NCBI GenBank assembly: GCA_009602735.1
Contig: WELA01002438.1
Span: forward strand, 137,259 to 192,125
Length of the DNA: 54,867 nt
Direction: 5' to 3'
DNA from: Mesotaenium endlicherianum
Taxonomy: Eukaryota
The notes under the pieces are model-generated. The model was not told where the DNA came from. It ran no database searches and worked only from the letters and a program-made list of their open reading frames with translations. Each line of letters opens with the position of its first letter. Positions within the stretch are counted from its first letter, which is position 1. Positions 16,328 to 27,927 of the stretch are shown piece by piece. A program made the translations under genes and the position numbers.

Positions 16328-19300
16328 TCAGCCACCAGCTGAGGGGCTGTGATCACTGTCTAGAGCTAATGTAGTGCAGTCGCTATAAAACCAGTCTCCA
16401 GCTGGCACGCGGACCAACGGCGGGTCAAGGCAGCCGATGTGGAAGCCGAGGTTGCAGCTGTCGCAAAGCAGCATCCTGGCCTCCTGGCCGGGGCTGTGGC
16501 AGATCTGGCACGCCCAGTCCTTGGGCGGCCTCGCGTCGCGGGGACGAACCTGCATGTCAAGGTTAGGAAGGTGGCATGGTCCACAATTCTTTGTGTGGTC
16601 CTTGTAAAGACGGCCATCTGCGCCTTCCAGTTCCAAAACTCCTGACGCCAAGACACGCCTGACGCGTAGGATGACGGGCGAGCTGCTGGTGTCGAGGGTG
16701 TTCTTCGTCTGGCGTCGCAGGTACACGAAGTCACCTGCGGAGAACTGCAACACTCGCCGGCAATAGGCTCCTCCACGAGTCATGGCATACCTCAGTGTGT
16801 CGCGGTGCTGAGCAATGCTGAGGTTGTCCATGGCCATGGGCATCAGGCGTCGAAAGAGCTGTGCATGCTGCCCGATAAGAGCGCTCCACGTCTCGGGACT
16901 GTCCAAGTCCAGAACGTTCTCGGCCACGGTCCTGGCTGCTGCGGGCAGGACTGGCTGTCGGCCGTAGAGAAGGAAGTAGGGAGAATGCGAGGCCAAGGAG
17001 GCTTGCTTACTGAACCTGTACCCCATAGCCAACCATGGGAGGGCGTCGTCCCAGTGGGTGCTGTCGTGGGCCAGGCAGTACTTCCGCAGCCCAAGCTTGA
17101 CGGTCTGCACCATGCGCTCTGCGAGGCCGTCAGCCTGGGGATGGTCGCGGGAGGTGGTGCGGTGATCAATCATCGAGCGCTCGAGCAGCTTTTGAAAGCT
17201 GCCCTGGAACTCTTTGCCTTGGTTTGTGAGGACCTCAGCGCAGCCGCCAAAGCGGCTAAGGACCTATTCGAGGAAAGCCTGAGCAATCCCCTCACTGGCC
17301 TTGCTGGGCTGCGGCACAAGCTCGATCCATTTGGACATGTGCTCAATCATTACCAAGACATAGAGGTTGCCTCGACGAGACTTGGGCAGTTCCCCAGCCA
17401 AGTCAAGCGACCACCTGTAGAACAGTCCCTAAATAGGGAGAGGGCTGAGAGCGACGGTGCGGGCTGTGAAGCTCGAGCGCATTCGGTCGCAAAGTGTGCA
17501 GCTGCTGACGACGTCGGCGACAACCTTAGTCATGCCGTGCCACCAGTACTCAACCTGAAGGAGGCTGAGAGTGCGCTTAACACCGAAGTGTCCAAGCGTC
17601 TTGTGCACACGTTGCACCAGCTGGCTGCGTATAGCGGGCTCAGGAACCACCAGGACAGAGCCGTCCGCCATCATTCGCCGCATGCGCCCCTCCATGAAGA
17701 CGAAATCCCGGCTACGCTTGAGGACGCGGTCACGGTCGCGCGCACTAATGCCTGGGACCAACTCCTTGGCCGTGACGTACTGTAGCACCGGTGTGTTGTC
17801 CCACACGTCCTCGAGCGCGCGCTGCCAGCTGTCCTGCTCCTCAACTGCTGCCAAGGCCAGTCGTCGAGTGGTGACAGTCACCATGTCTAGGCTAGTGAGC
17901 CCTGCGGGCCGCACGTCGCGGTCAACGGTGAAGGCCAGGAATGCCGCTGCGTGCCAAGCCACTGGCTCATCCTCATCGTGGCGGGCTACCGTGAGGTCTC
18001 GCGAGGAGGGCAGCGGATTGCGGCTGAGGCCGTCAGCGTCCAGGTTCGTCGACCCTGGACGATGATGCACGTCAAAGGTGTACTCCTGCAAGATGAGCGC
18101 CCACCATGCGTACTTGCGCGTCAGGCGCTCCAACGTCATGAGCCACTTGAGTGGCTGATGGTCGGTGACCAAGCGGAAGTGGGTGCCATAGAGATAGTGC
18201 CTGAAATGCACAATTGCCCATACTGCTGCCAGGCACTCCCCCTCATAGGAGCCGTAGTTGCCCTCGGCACGGTTGTTGCTGCGGCTGGCGTACGCCACCA
18301 CATGCTTGAAGCCGTCATGCTCCTGTACCAGCACTGCTCCAAGCCCTGCCTGCGACCAGTCGGTGTGGAGGATGAAGGGCTTCTGATAGTCAGGCCGTCA
18401 TAGTACTGGGGCGCTCACCAACAACTCTTTGAGCTTGTCAAACGTTGCCTGCTGCTCTGATCCCCATACATAGGCAACGCCCTTGCATAGCAAGTCGTTG
18501 AGCGGCTTGGCCAGCTCGCTGAACCCAGGCACAAAGCGGCGATAGTAGTTGGCGATGCCAAGGAAGGCCCTCAACTGCGAGAGGTCGGTCGGAGGCGAGA
18601 TGCCTGTGATGGCCAAGATCTTGGCCAGCTGAGGAGCCAAACCACGGGAAGACAGAAGATGCCCGAGGTACTCCACCTCCCGGGTCCCAAAGGTGCACTT
18701 GCCTGGATGACACTTGAGCCCAACGGCCTCCAACAGTCCGGAACTGTAGTGATATGCGCCACGTGCTCCTCAAACGTCTCACTGAAGACGAGCACGTCAT
18801 CGATGTAGCACCGGGCAAAGGAGAGCCCTGCCGGCTCCTTATCCATGAGTCGCTAGAAGGTGGCAGGAGCGTTCTTCAAGCCGAAGGGCATAACCCTCCA
18901 CTCGTAGAGACGCTGCGATCCCCAAAAAGCCGTCTTATGCTGGTCCTCCTCCGCAATGGGTATCTGGTTGAAGCCCTGCCTCAAATCCAGCACCGAGAAC
19001 CAAGTACAAGCGCCGATGTCGTCAAAGATCTCGTCAGGGGTCGGCATAGGGTATCTGTCTTGCTCAGTGACCTTGTTAAGCTTACGATAGTCACCGCACA
19101 TCCTCTTCTCAGACCAGTTGCCTGAGGCGTCCTTCTTAGGTGGCATGACTATGGGCGCAACGTAGGTGGAGGCAGACTCACGAATGAGCTGACACTCCTC
19201 TAGCTTGCCTGTCTGCGTGCTAATCAGGTCGTCCTCAAAGCGGCTGTAGCGATAGCGCTTCTGGAAGATGGGCACGTCTGTCTGGAGGGGTATCCTTATA

Positions 19301-19420
19301 GGGTTGCCTGTGTAGCGCCCAAGATCGTGCATGCCGCTGGCAAAGCTGGCGCTGCGCCGTGCATCCAGCAATGCCGTTAGCTGAGCAGCCTGTGCCCTAG
19401 TGAGAGTTCCCCCCAGCTTC
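16328..19420 (-). pseudogene. pol: RT - RNase H - integrase - PHD finger region of element B pol, disrupted
   Basis: RMCGDYRKLN, MPFGLKNAPATF, YIDDVLVFS (RT); HTDWS...VAYASR...EGECLA (RNase H); HKTLGH...CTLC, WSLD, QADGLAER (integrase); C-terminal PHD at 16376-16510. Stops at 18853, 18398, 17429 and 17264, and a frameshift near 18740. Confidence 0.93.
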
Positions 19421-19869
19421 CAAGTAGGGACAGCTGGTGGTGGCTCCTGCGCTGCGGCTGGCGCCTCCTGCCCTGCTGCTGGCGTGGTCTGTGGGTCTGC
19501 AGGCGTCACCTGTCCTGCAGCTGGCTGCACTCGGCCTGCCTCGGGTGCCCTCTCCTCGGCAGCTGCTGCCATCTGCCCTACACCACCTGTAGGCGGCGGA
19601 GAGCGTGGAAAAAGAAACGGGGAACGAAACTTTCTGGGTCGCTGTGAGGACTCCTGTCTCCTCCTGTCCCCCCCCAGCAAACCAGAACGAGGACCACGAC
19701 AAGGCGCAGGCGGCTGCTGGGAAGCTGGACCCTCGCGCTGGGAATGCCAGGTCGTACTGGGCGGGGCGCGGCCGTCGCCGTCGGAATCTCAATCCATGGC
19801 GTCATAGAACTGGTCCATCTCAAGATGACGAGCCTGGGCGTAAAGGGGAGTCAGGGCGTGTGTCTGCAG

Positions 19870-20812
19870 GAGAAGCCACGTCAAGACGTTGGCATCGATA
19901 GCCTGGCCAAAGAGACGCACAAGTTGACCTTGGTGATGCTGTCCACCTGTGCGAGGTGCGGAGGGAAGCCCATCGCACGCTCCATCTCCACGGCATGGGG
20001 TCGTTGGAACATGCCAGTCTCGAGGTCAATGATCATGCCGCGCTGGTCGCCCACGTAGGCCGCGCTGTCGTAGCGACTCACGAACGTAGGAAGCGCCCGC
20101 GTGACGTCGCGGAGGACCTCACACTGGGCCTGAGAAGGATGCGGAAGGGCGACCACGCGCTGGGCCAGGCGCGCCACGTCGAGGATGGAGTCAACGTTGC
20201 GCGTGTGGCGTGGATGTGCGGCCGCTAACGCCTCAAGCGTGCCTGGCATGGCCAGGTTGGTGAAGTAGGCACGCACACGATGCGCGAAGGAACCAATCTG
20301 AGCGGCGTCGATGACGGCCTCACAACCGACGTAGCTGCTACAGAGGGCAAAGTCGGCATTGACGTTGGGCCGCGAATCGTGGCGGACAGCCACATCCTCC
20401 AACACCCAGACGAGCGTGTGCGGCGGCTGGCGGTCCTCAACCATGTTGAGGACGCGGAGCAGGTGCCAGAACAAGGCCGTATGCGGGTCACCGAGCGCGT
20501 TGCCCCGTCCCGCAATGGAGAAGCCCTGGCACTCCCAGCCAGCAATGATGAGGTCGATGGGCCCGAGGCGCGTGATGTGCTCGGCGATAATGTCGCGGAT
20601 GTCCATGGGCCAGTCAATCTGGGCGCGGTAGAAGGCATACTCAGGGAAGAGATCTGGGAAACGCTCGTGGCATAAGGCCATCTGCCTGCGGGCGACCTGC
20701 TGCGCCTCGCCATCGGGTCCACGTAGACGTACCGACGTACGGGGATGCCAGCCTGCAGGGTGGCCAACAACCCTGTCGCAATGCCGGCGAAGAGCTCGAC
20801 AAGGACAATGCC
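19870..20812 (-). pseudogene. C5 cytosine DNA methyltransferase domain (DNMT3-like motifs) within element B polyprotein, frameshifted
   Basis: Motif I LVELFAGIATG (20771-20803), motif II YVYVD, DIRDI, motif IV IDLIIAGWECQGFS (Cys 20529-20531), LFW, motif VI VLEDV, motif VIII AHRVRAYFTNL, motif IX EMERAMGFP, motif X LFGQAIDANVL (~19880-19915) in canonical order across three frames. Confidence 0.9.
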
Positions 20813-21654
20813 GCCGGGACGCTCGTCGAGCTGTGCGGTGTAGATAGGCGTAGGAAGGGGGCGACAGCCCAGGGCGGGATCGCCGGCCTGCGCTGGCGGT
20901 GGATAGGAGCGCAGCAGACTGTGCTGATGGGGCAACATGGGGAGGGCCGCCACTGCGAGCTCTGCGTAGTGGCGAGTAAGTCGAGGAATGCGCTCGAGCA
21001 GCGGCTGTGGACGAGCCGTGTGAGAATGTGCCTGATAAGTGCGCCAGCGCGCACGCGCGTCCTGCAAGGCCTCCTCGGGCACTAGGCGGGCCGGAGCCTG
21101 CGCGTCGCGCGTGCACTGCTGCTGCCACCCGTCCCTCGTTTGGTAATCGGCGTGTTGTGAAGCGGCGTGGGCCAGCTGCTCTGTGGCGGTGCGCTAGGGC
21201 AGCTGGGAATGCTGATCAAAGTACGAACGCTGACGCTCGCGAAGATCCGCCTGAAGGGGCACTGTACAGACGGAGCGCTCGTCCCAATGTGCTGCCTGTT
21301 GAGGACGGACGAGCTGACGTGGGGCGAGCTGGACTCGCGGGCGCAGCGGCAAAAGAGATGGGAGTCGGACGCGCTCCCGCTGGCTGCGCTGCATGGGCCC
21401 TGCGCGTGTTGCGTGCGGATGAGGATGACGGTCGCGGAGGCGCGCTGCGGTGCGGGCCACCTTATGAAGAGGTGACCCAGACGGCCCGTCGCCGGCTATG
21501 TGACTGCGCAAGACGTCGGCAGGCCAGCCACGCGGCGTCTGGTATAATGCGTGAGCTGCAATGGTGGAGGAAGACTGTGCGTCATGCTCGCGGGTGCGGA
21601 GATCGCGCGGACCGTCATACGGCGGTGTGACTGAGCGCGGGCGAGTCTCGCGCA

Positions 21655-21780
21655 AAGGGGTGACCTCTCGCCCCTCGCGAAGAGGAGTGACCTCTCGTGC
21701 GTCCCTGGGAGTGTCGCGCAGAGGCGTGACCTCGCGGGCAGCCCTGGTATGCTCGCGGATCGGAGTGACCTCGCGTGTAC
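21655..21780 (-). repeat. Four REVTP-encoding repeats in the PR-DNMT linker
   Basis: GTGACCTC(T/G)CG occurs four times on +, at 27-39-nt spacing. Confidence 0.7.
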
Positions 21781-22779
21781 GCCGGTCTAGGGGCAGAGTG
21801 CGACGTGCGAAGCGTAGAGCTGGCCCGGCGTAGGGGAAGGACCTGTATGCCGAGGACCGAGGATGCTGGTCCTGGCCACTGTCTGATGCGCACGTCCGGC
21901 ACGCGGGTTGATAGCGGAGAAAGGAACCGTGGAGGCAGTGCTGGCGGAGGCGCGACCTGGCCAGCCTGCGCTTAGGTTGTTGCCAGCGAACAAGTGCGTG
22001 ACGTCACGGCACTCGCTGCTGGTCAAACAGTCGTGCTGTATCGGACGACTAAGCCCGCCGGCGCATGGATGGGCTCGACGGGGCGCATGGATGGGCTCGA
22101 CGGGGATTGGCTGTGGTCTCGTGTGAGAGAGAACTGAAGCCGGGAGGCCCTGTAGGCTGGCGTCGAACGCGAGCTGTAGGCGTGGGCGGCGGTGGCTCTG
22201 CCGATGGCTGGGCTGCGGGCTCCTCTGCGGCCTCCTGGGACCACTCCTGCCACTCCTCCTCCTCGCTGCTCAATGACGCGTCGTCGGACCTGCCTGGGAA
22301 CGCTGCCTGCCTCATGGCCTCGTCCTCAGACGTGGTAGTGCGTGGCCATGAGTCGCCTGTCCTGTGCGACGGTGAGGGTGAGGGCAACTGGGAGGCGGCA
22401 CGTCATGCCGTACGCGGACGTGTGATCTTGAGGAGGGTCCGCTCGTCGCAGGACGCTGTGGCTGAGGTATGGCTGCTGCGGCTGTGGCTGCGTCATGAGC
22501 GTGAGCTGCAGCAGTAAGGGCAGCCGTGGCAACGGCGTGTGCCTCTACGGCGTCTGCCGCCATCTGACGCATCATGGCGTTATGCGCGGCGTAGATCCGC
22601 ACTGTCTCCCTGGCTTGTGCGGCCAGAGCGTCAGCCTGCTCCTGGGGCGTGAGGTGGAGCTTGGCACTCGACAGCTCGGGATCCTCCTTTTGCGTCTCCA
22701 GTAAGTCGGCGCCGACGGAGACCTCATCATCCTCGGCTCCCCCCTTATTTGTCTGAACTACAGACCAACCGCCATCCAG

Positions 22780-23190
22780 CGCCATGAAGCCGTAGAGGGC
22801 GGACTCAGCTGAGCAACGATCCAAGATGTCAAGTGGCACAGATGCAGTGCGGGTCCCCCCTGACTGCCAGTCGGGTCGATAGAAGACCCGCTCCACCCAG
22901 TTATCCACAGCGGCGCCGATAGGAAAGAGCACGTCCTGGCCAAGGAGCACGTCGAAGGTCTCGGAACGAGTGACCAACGCATGCCGGTGGATGGTCGTCT
23001 CATCCGGAGTGCCGGGCCGAAAGGTGAAGCGGAGGGCCAGCCGCGTGCGCCCGGTGACGATCTCGGAAGTGCCGGCAGCAGTGTTGATCCGCGTAGGCAA
23101 ATCCTCTAGGTCGGCTGACAAGAGGCCCAGCTGGCGGAAGTAGCGCAAGCTGATGAGGACTGGCTGGGCGCCAGTGTCGAACATGATGCG
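22780..23190 (-). pseudogene. Retropepsin-type aspartic protease domain of element B
   Basis: IMFDTGAQPVLIS active site and FDVLLGQDVL motif; same frame as gag, separated only by TAG at 23191-23193. Confidence 0.88.
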
Positions 23191-26100
23191 CTACGGGGCC
23201 TGCGTGTTGACCAGCACGATGCCCTGCAAATTATCCAAAAACGCAGCGTTAGGCGTGCTGATCATCCTGCGCTCATGCGCAGGTCGCGCGGGTGCGGAGA
23301 GCACCGCGGCTGCCGCGTCTGACGTTGGCCTGCCGTCAGAGGCGCGCTGGCTGGCCCTGCGCGACTGAAGCAGTAGCTGGGTCGCCTGCCGTGTGGCTTC
23401 CATCGACACGCCGAGCTCCGCGAAGGAGACTCCGGGCATGCGGTGAAGCGCCAGCGAGATGACCTCGGCGTTGAGCTGCACCGTGGTCATCGGCAAGGCC
23501 ATCGCGTGAGGCGAAAATGCCGCTGGCGCTGCTGGCGTGTCCAGCACGCGGAACGAGCGGGGCAGACGCGGCGCCTCCTCCATGCGACGCCCCTGATTCG
23601 GCCCGGCGCGCTTCTGTGCCATCGCTGGGCGTCCGGCTGCCACCAAAGCGGGCTTGCGTCGTGCGCTGCCGTCTGTTGTGCGGCCTCCGAGTGGCACTGT
23701 GCGTGCGCAGCAGGCCAGAATGGGGCTGCACGCGGCGGCAACAGCAGGCGCAGCCGCTGGTTTAGCGGGCAGACGAGCGGCTGGCACACGTGGCGCTGAT
23801 GTACCTGGCGCTGGTGTTCCCAGCGCGAACGACCCTGGCGCTGGCGCACCTGGCACTGGCGTTCCTGGCGCTGGTGCTCCCAGCGCGGACGCACCTGGCG
23901 CTGGTGCACCTGGCGCTGGCGCGCTCGGCGCTGGCGCTCCTGAGCATGCTTGCGCAGTTGCCGGCGCAGGTGCCAGGCTTGCTGGCTTAGCTGTCGGTGC
24001 TGGCGCTGCCTCGGCGACCGGAAGGCCGCCAGGTGGCACTGGCCCACCTGGTACTGGCGTCGTGAAATGCGCTGGCTCGGGTCCTCCTGCAGCTGGCGCC
24101 TCGGCGAACGCTGGTGCCTCCGGTGGAGCGGCTGCGAATGCCAGCGCTGCTTTGGGCGCAGGTGCTTCGGCCGCTGGCACGAACGCCGGAGATGGCGCAG
24201 GCTTGGCTGTTGGCAGCCTGACAAGTGGCGCTTCGAGGACGACCCTGGGCCTGCAAGGTCGCGTCGCCCGACCGGTGTTGGTGTCGGTATTGGCTGCCCC
24301 AAGCAAGGTACGTGGCGCCCTCCAGGTAGCGCGCGTGCTCGCCGGGACCCTCGCCACGCTCATCGCGAAGGCCCAAGGGTTTTGTGCGCAGCCAGGGTTT
24401 AAGCCCTGGCTTTGCGCAACCGTGTGCGCGCCGTCGCAGTTCCGAACGGAGACACGGCCGCCCAGCGCGATCAGGGAGGTCTCCCCCTGGCTCGGGATGG
24501 CAGTCGCGGCCGCCAGATCTGCGCTGGCTGGGTCGGACTGCGTGCGCGTGCCAAATGGCGGCACGTGTGCGCAGGTGCTGTACGCAGCGGCTGACGTGGC
24601 TGCCGTGAGGTGATCGCGTGGCGGGCTGCTGAGCGAGCGTCGCAGTGTTGTGCGCGGCGTGTGCGAGCGTGTGCAGAGATGCGCAGATGTGCAGCTGCCG
24701 TCAGGCAAAGTCTCGCCAGCCGCGCACGCGTCAGGTGCGACGGCTGCTGGCACGGCTGCCGGGACTGGCGCAGGGGCGGTTGCGGGGAGGCTGCCATGTG
24801 GCGCCTCCCAATCGCTCCTTGGATTGCGGGGGCGCGTGGCCGGTCCGGCTTCAAGGTCTGCGTCGGCTGCCTCGGACGCCGCTCGTGACACCCTCCCTCT
24901 TGCGCGGGCGTACGCCGAGGCCCCCGTAGCGCGAATTGCGTCGGCGCGGGGGTTTTGGGCGCAGCCAGGATTTAAACCCTGGCTTTGCGCAGCCGTGAGC
25001 GTGCCGTTGGCGCTCTGCACGGCAATCTGGCCGCACAGCGCAATCAGGGATGCTCCCTCCTGACTGGGAATGGCGATCGCAGCCGTCGAATCTGCGCTGG
25101 CAGTGCCGGACTGCGTGCACGCGCCACGTGGAAGGACGTGTGCGCCGCTGGCGTGCGCAGCTGCTGCTGTGGCTGCCGAGCTGCGATCTTGTAGCTGGCC
25201 GCTCGGCAAGCCTCGCGCCGCCGTGCGAGGTGTGAGCGGACGCGTGAGCGCGCGAGTGTGCGCGTGGCTGCCGGCAAGAGCGGCCTGGCCTGCCGGACAC
25301 GTGGCAAGGGTCGGCGCCTGCTGAACCCTGCTGCTTGCAGCAGCCAACAGGGTGAGACCCTTCTGGCGTTGCCGGCGGATGCGTAGGTCTGCGCCTGGGA
25401 TAGCGACGCGCAGAGCGGGGGGCGCTCCAGCCGTGTGTGCTGTAGTCGTGGTACTCAGCTGGCTAGCGCGCCCCGTCGCGACAGCTGTCGCTGCGCAGAC
25501 TGCCGAAGGCACTGCTGGCGTCAGCAGGGCGGCACAGGCCAGCGGGGCTGCTGAAGCTTGCGGCTCTGCTGGCGTGTGTGCCGGATCGTCAAGGGGCGCG
25601 TCAGGAGCTGCAGCGTCTATGACGCAGGGTAGCGGGACCGCGTGCGCCTGCAGCCTGCAATCTGGCAACCCGACCGAACGAGTGCAGCGACTGCTGACGG
25701 ACATCAGCGCAGGGTGCGCAGGTTTGGCAGAAGCGGCTGCACAGACGCCTGCGGCGCTGGTCGCCGTAGCTCTGTCGTGGGGCGGGCGCGTGCAAGGCTG
25801 CAGCGCTGCTATAGCGCCAGGTGCCAGCCTCTGGGGCTGCCACATGTTGGCGTGGTGAACGTGCGCAGGAGCTGCGCGGACGCCAGCTGTTGGAGTTGAA
25901 GCGTCGGACGGCGGGACGCGTGCGAAGAGGGCTCCGCATGCGTCGTAACTGTCGGTGGCGACGAGGCCGCGGAGTTTGGCGATCTCTGCGTTGACCTCTA
26001 CGAGGGCGTCGCTGACGCCGTCGAAACTGTAGTAATCGGCTCCGAGGGTCAGCGCGGCGTCCATCGTAGCCGAGGCTGCAGTCATCGAGGGACGTCCACC

Positions 26101-27148
26101 CGTGCAAGGGTTACGCATGCCCCGAAGTACTGCTGCTGGCGCAGGGCCGTCACGAGCGCGTCCGTTCTCGGCGTCGCGCTTCTTCTGCAGGCATACAATC
26201 TGCAGGTGGCCGGCCTTGCCACAGTACGTACAGTCACCGGGCTTGCCACTTTGCGCAATAGTGCAGTTCTGGCGAGAGTGGCCCGTCTTCCCGCAGGACC
26301 AAAAGGGGTCGCTCGTTGTGGCGGCCATGGAAATGCGGCCACGCGGAGCACCGCGCTGCTGGGTCTGCTGGGACAGCTGAGAGCGCTGGGGCTTCTGCTG
26401 CTGCTGGGGCTGGCGAGCCGGTGCTAGGCGCATCGTCGTGGATGGCAGCATCGAAGACTCTTGGCGTACGCCCGTGGATGCGAGGCCTACACGGTCGCTA
26501 ATGTTGCTCCGTGCGGCGGCCAAGCTCTGCTTCTCGACTGAGAGGTAAGCGTCCTCCAGCGAGTACTCGGAGCCGATGTGGTAGATGAGAGGAGCCATGG
26601 CTCGCTCCCTCAAACGTGGCTCTACGGCGCGCAAGAAGATCCCCGCTGCCTCCCGGTCAGTGACGGTGCCAACGTCTCGGCGAAAATGCGTCAAGCGGCG
26701 GTACATCATGCGGATCGTCTCATTCTTGCAACGGAAGAAGTGGTGCAGCTTGTACACCTTCTCCTCGGTCGCGGCCTGGAACTCCTTCCTGAGGACGTCC
26801 CAGAAGGCCTTGACCGGATCAGCGAGGGGGGTCTCCACTGGGGGTTCCCCCACAGGCTCTGTGCGTGCGTAGATCTCGTCACCCTTCTCACGGAATGTGT
26901 CACGAGCCTCGTAGAGGAGATAGCGCATGAGCGTATAGAACACGTCACGCTAAGTGAGCGCGGGCATCTTAAGCCTCGCGCTCACGAACTCAACCTCGAA
27001 CTCTGAGATTGTGTCGTCCAGATCACAGGTTCCTGGTCTGCCGCTGAAGCAGAAGAGGGAGGACCTGTCAGCCTTGACCTCGTGGTCACCTGCCATGGGA
27101 TACCAGGAATCGTGGTGAGCCCAATGGGAAGACGGCTTAGGGACAATC
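23191..27148 (-). pseudogene. gag: Gag of element B with very long Ala/Pro-rich extension (N-terminus at 35991-36123)
   Basis: Capsid-like helical region, zinc knuckles FWSCGKTGHSRQNC (degenerate) and CTYCGKAGHLQIVC; the frame continues across the nested insertion to ATG 36123 with one in-frame TAG at 26950-26952. Confidence 0.85.
23790..23945 (-). repeat. 15-bp minisatellite encoding APAPG repeats
   Basis: About 9-10 degenerate copies of ACCTGGCGCTGGTGC on +. Confidence 0.85.
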
Positions 27149-27893
27149 TGTAATGAATCAGTATATTAGTAGATATAATATTCATTTAAATATAATAGTT
27201 AATTTAGTTCAGCCTGCTGAACTTTAGTTAGTAGTCAGTCTGCTGAACTTTAGTTAATAATCAGTCTGCTGGACTTTACATAATTATCAGTTTAATGACT
27301 CGGCCAAAAGCAGCAGGCTGAAGTCAACTCAAGTCAGCTTGCTGACACATTCTTTGACAGCCAGCTGACTTCCGTACTCGGTAGCAGCGAACTGCCTTGA
27401 TATGCATCTAAGTGCGATATGCTAGATGAATGGCCAGATGACATCCCTATGATGGATGGCTATTCGGGATGATGGGAGATGGCGGTGGATTTGGTTAACC
27501 GAGGTCCTACCAACGTGGTTAACTCCCGGGTAGGCGGTGCCATCGCACTGACCGTTGAACAGTAAACTCATTCCATGTACATATGCTAGGCATTGCTCTC
27601 GAGTTCGGCATTCGGAAACGAGGCCAACTCTCTTGTACAGCTTACTGAGAGAGCTCTGAATCCAAGGCGAGAAGCCATTGATACGCACTGTCTTCTAACC
27701 TTGCTTATGTATGAGTTTACTGATTTGCATCATTGATGCTAGTTTACTCGCATTTGACTTACGAGTATTATTCCCTGCTAGTGTATTGTCCTTTGCCGTT
27801 TAACTAGTTAACGGAAATACCATAAAGATTACTTGCTGATATAAAGATCTTTATTAATTGTTAATCGCCTATTTGGTAAGTCGATTCATTTCA
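27149..27893 (+). repeat. 5' LTR of family A copy 2
   Basis: TGTAATGAATC...GATTCATTTCA imperfect terminal inverted repeat. Confidence 0.97.
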
Positions 27894-27894
27894 G

Positions 27895-27906
27895 TGGTAT
27901 CGGAGC
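27895..27906 (+). promoter_or_regulatory. Primer-binding site, initiator tRNA-Met type
   Basis: TGGTATCGGAGC one base after the LTR; differs by one base from the common plant iMet PBS TGGTATCAGAGC. Confidence 0.85.
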
Positions 27907-27927
27907 AGTTATCACAGTCTTCTTTGT

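Noticed and set aside
16805..17785. 326-aa plus-strand ORF, and similar long ORFs such as 23654-24613 and 48913-49776
   Set aside because: Antisense shadows of GC-rich coding sequence on the minus strand; no recognisable motifs.
23191..23193. Programmed stop-codon readthrough between element B gag and protease
   Set aside because: The TAG falls four codons before the catalytic Asp and matches the other decay-type TAG stops; more likely a mutation, though a family consensus is needed.
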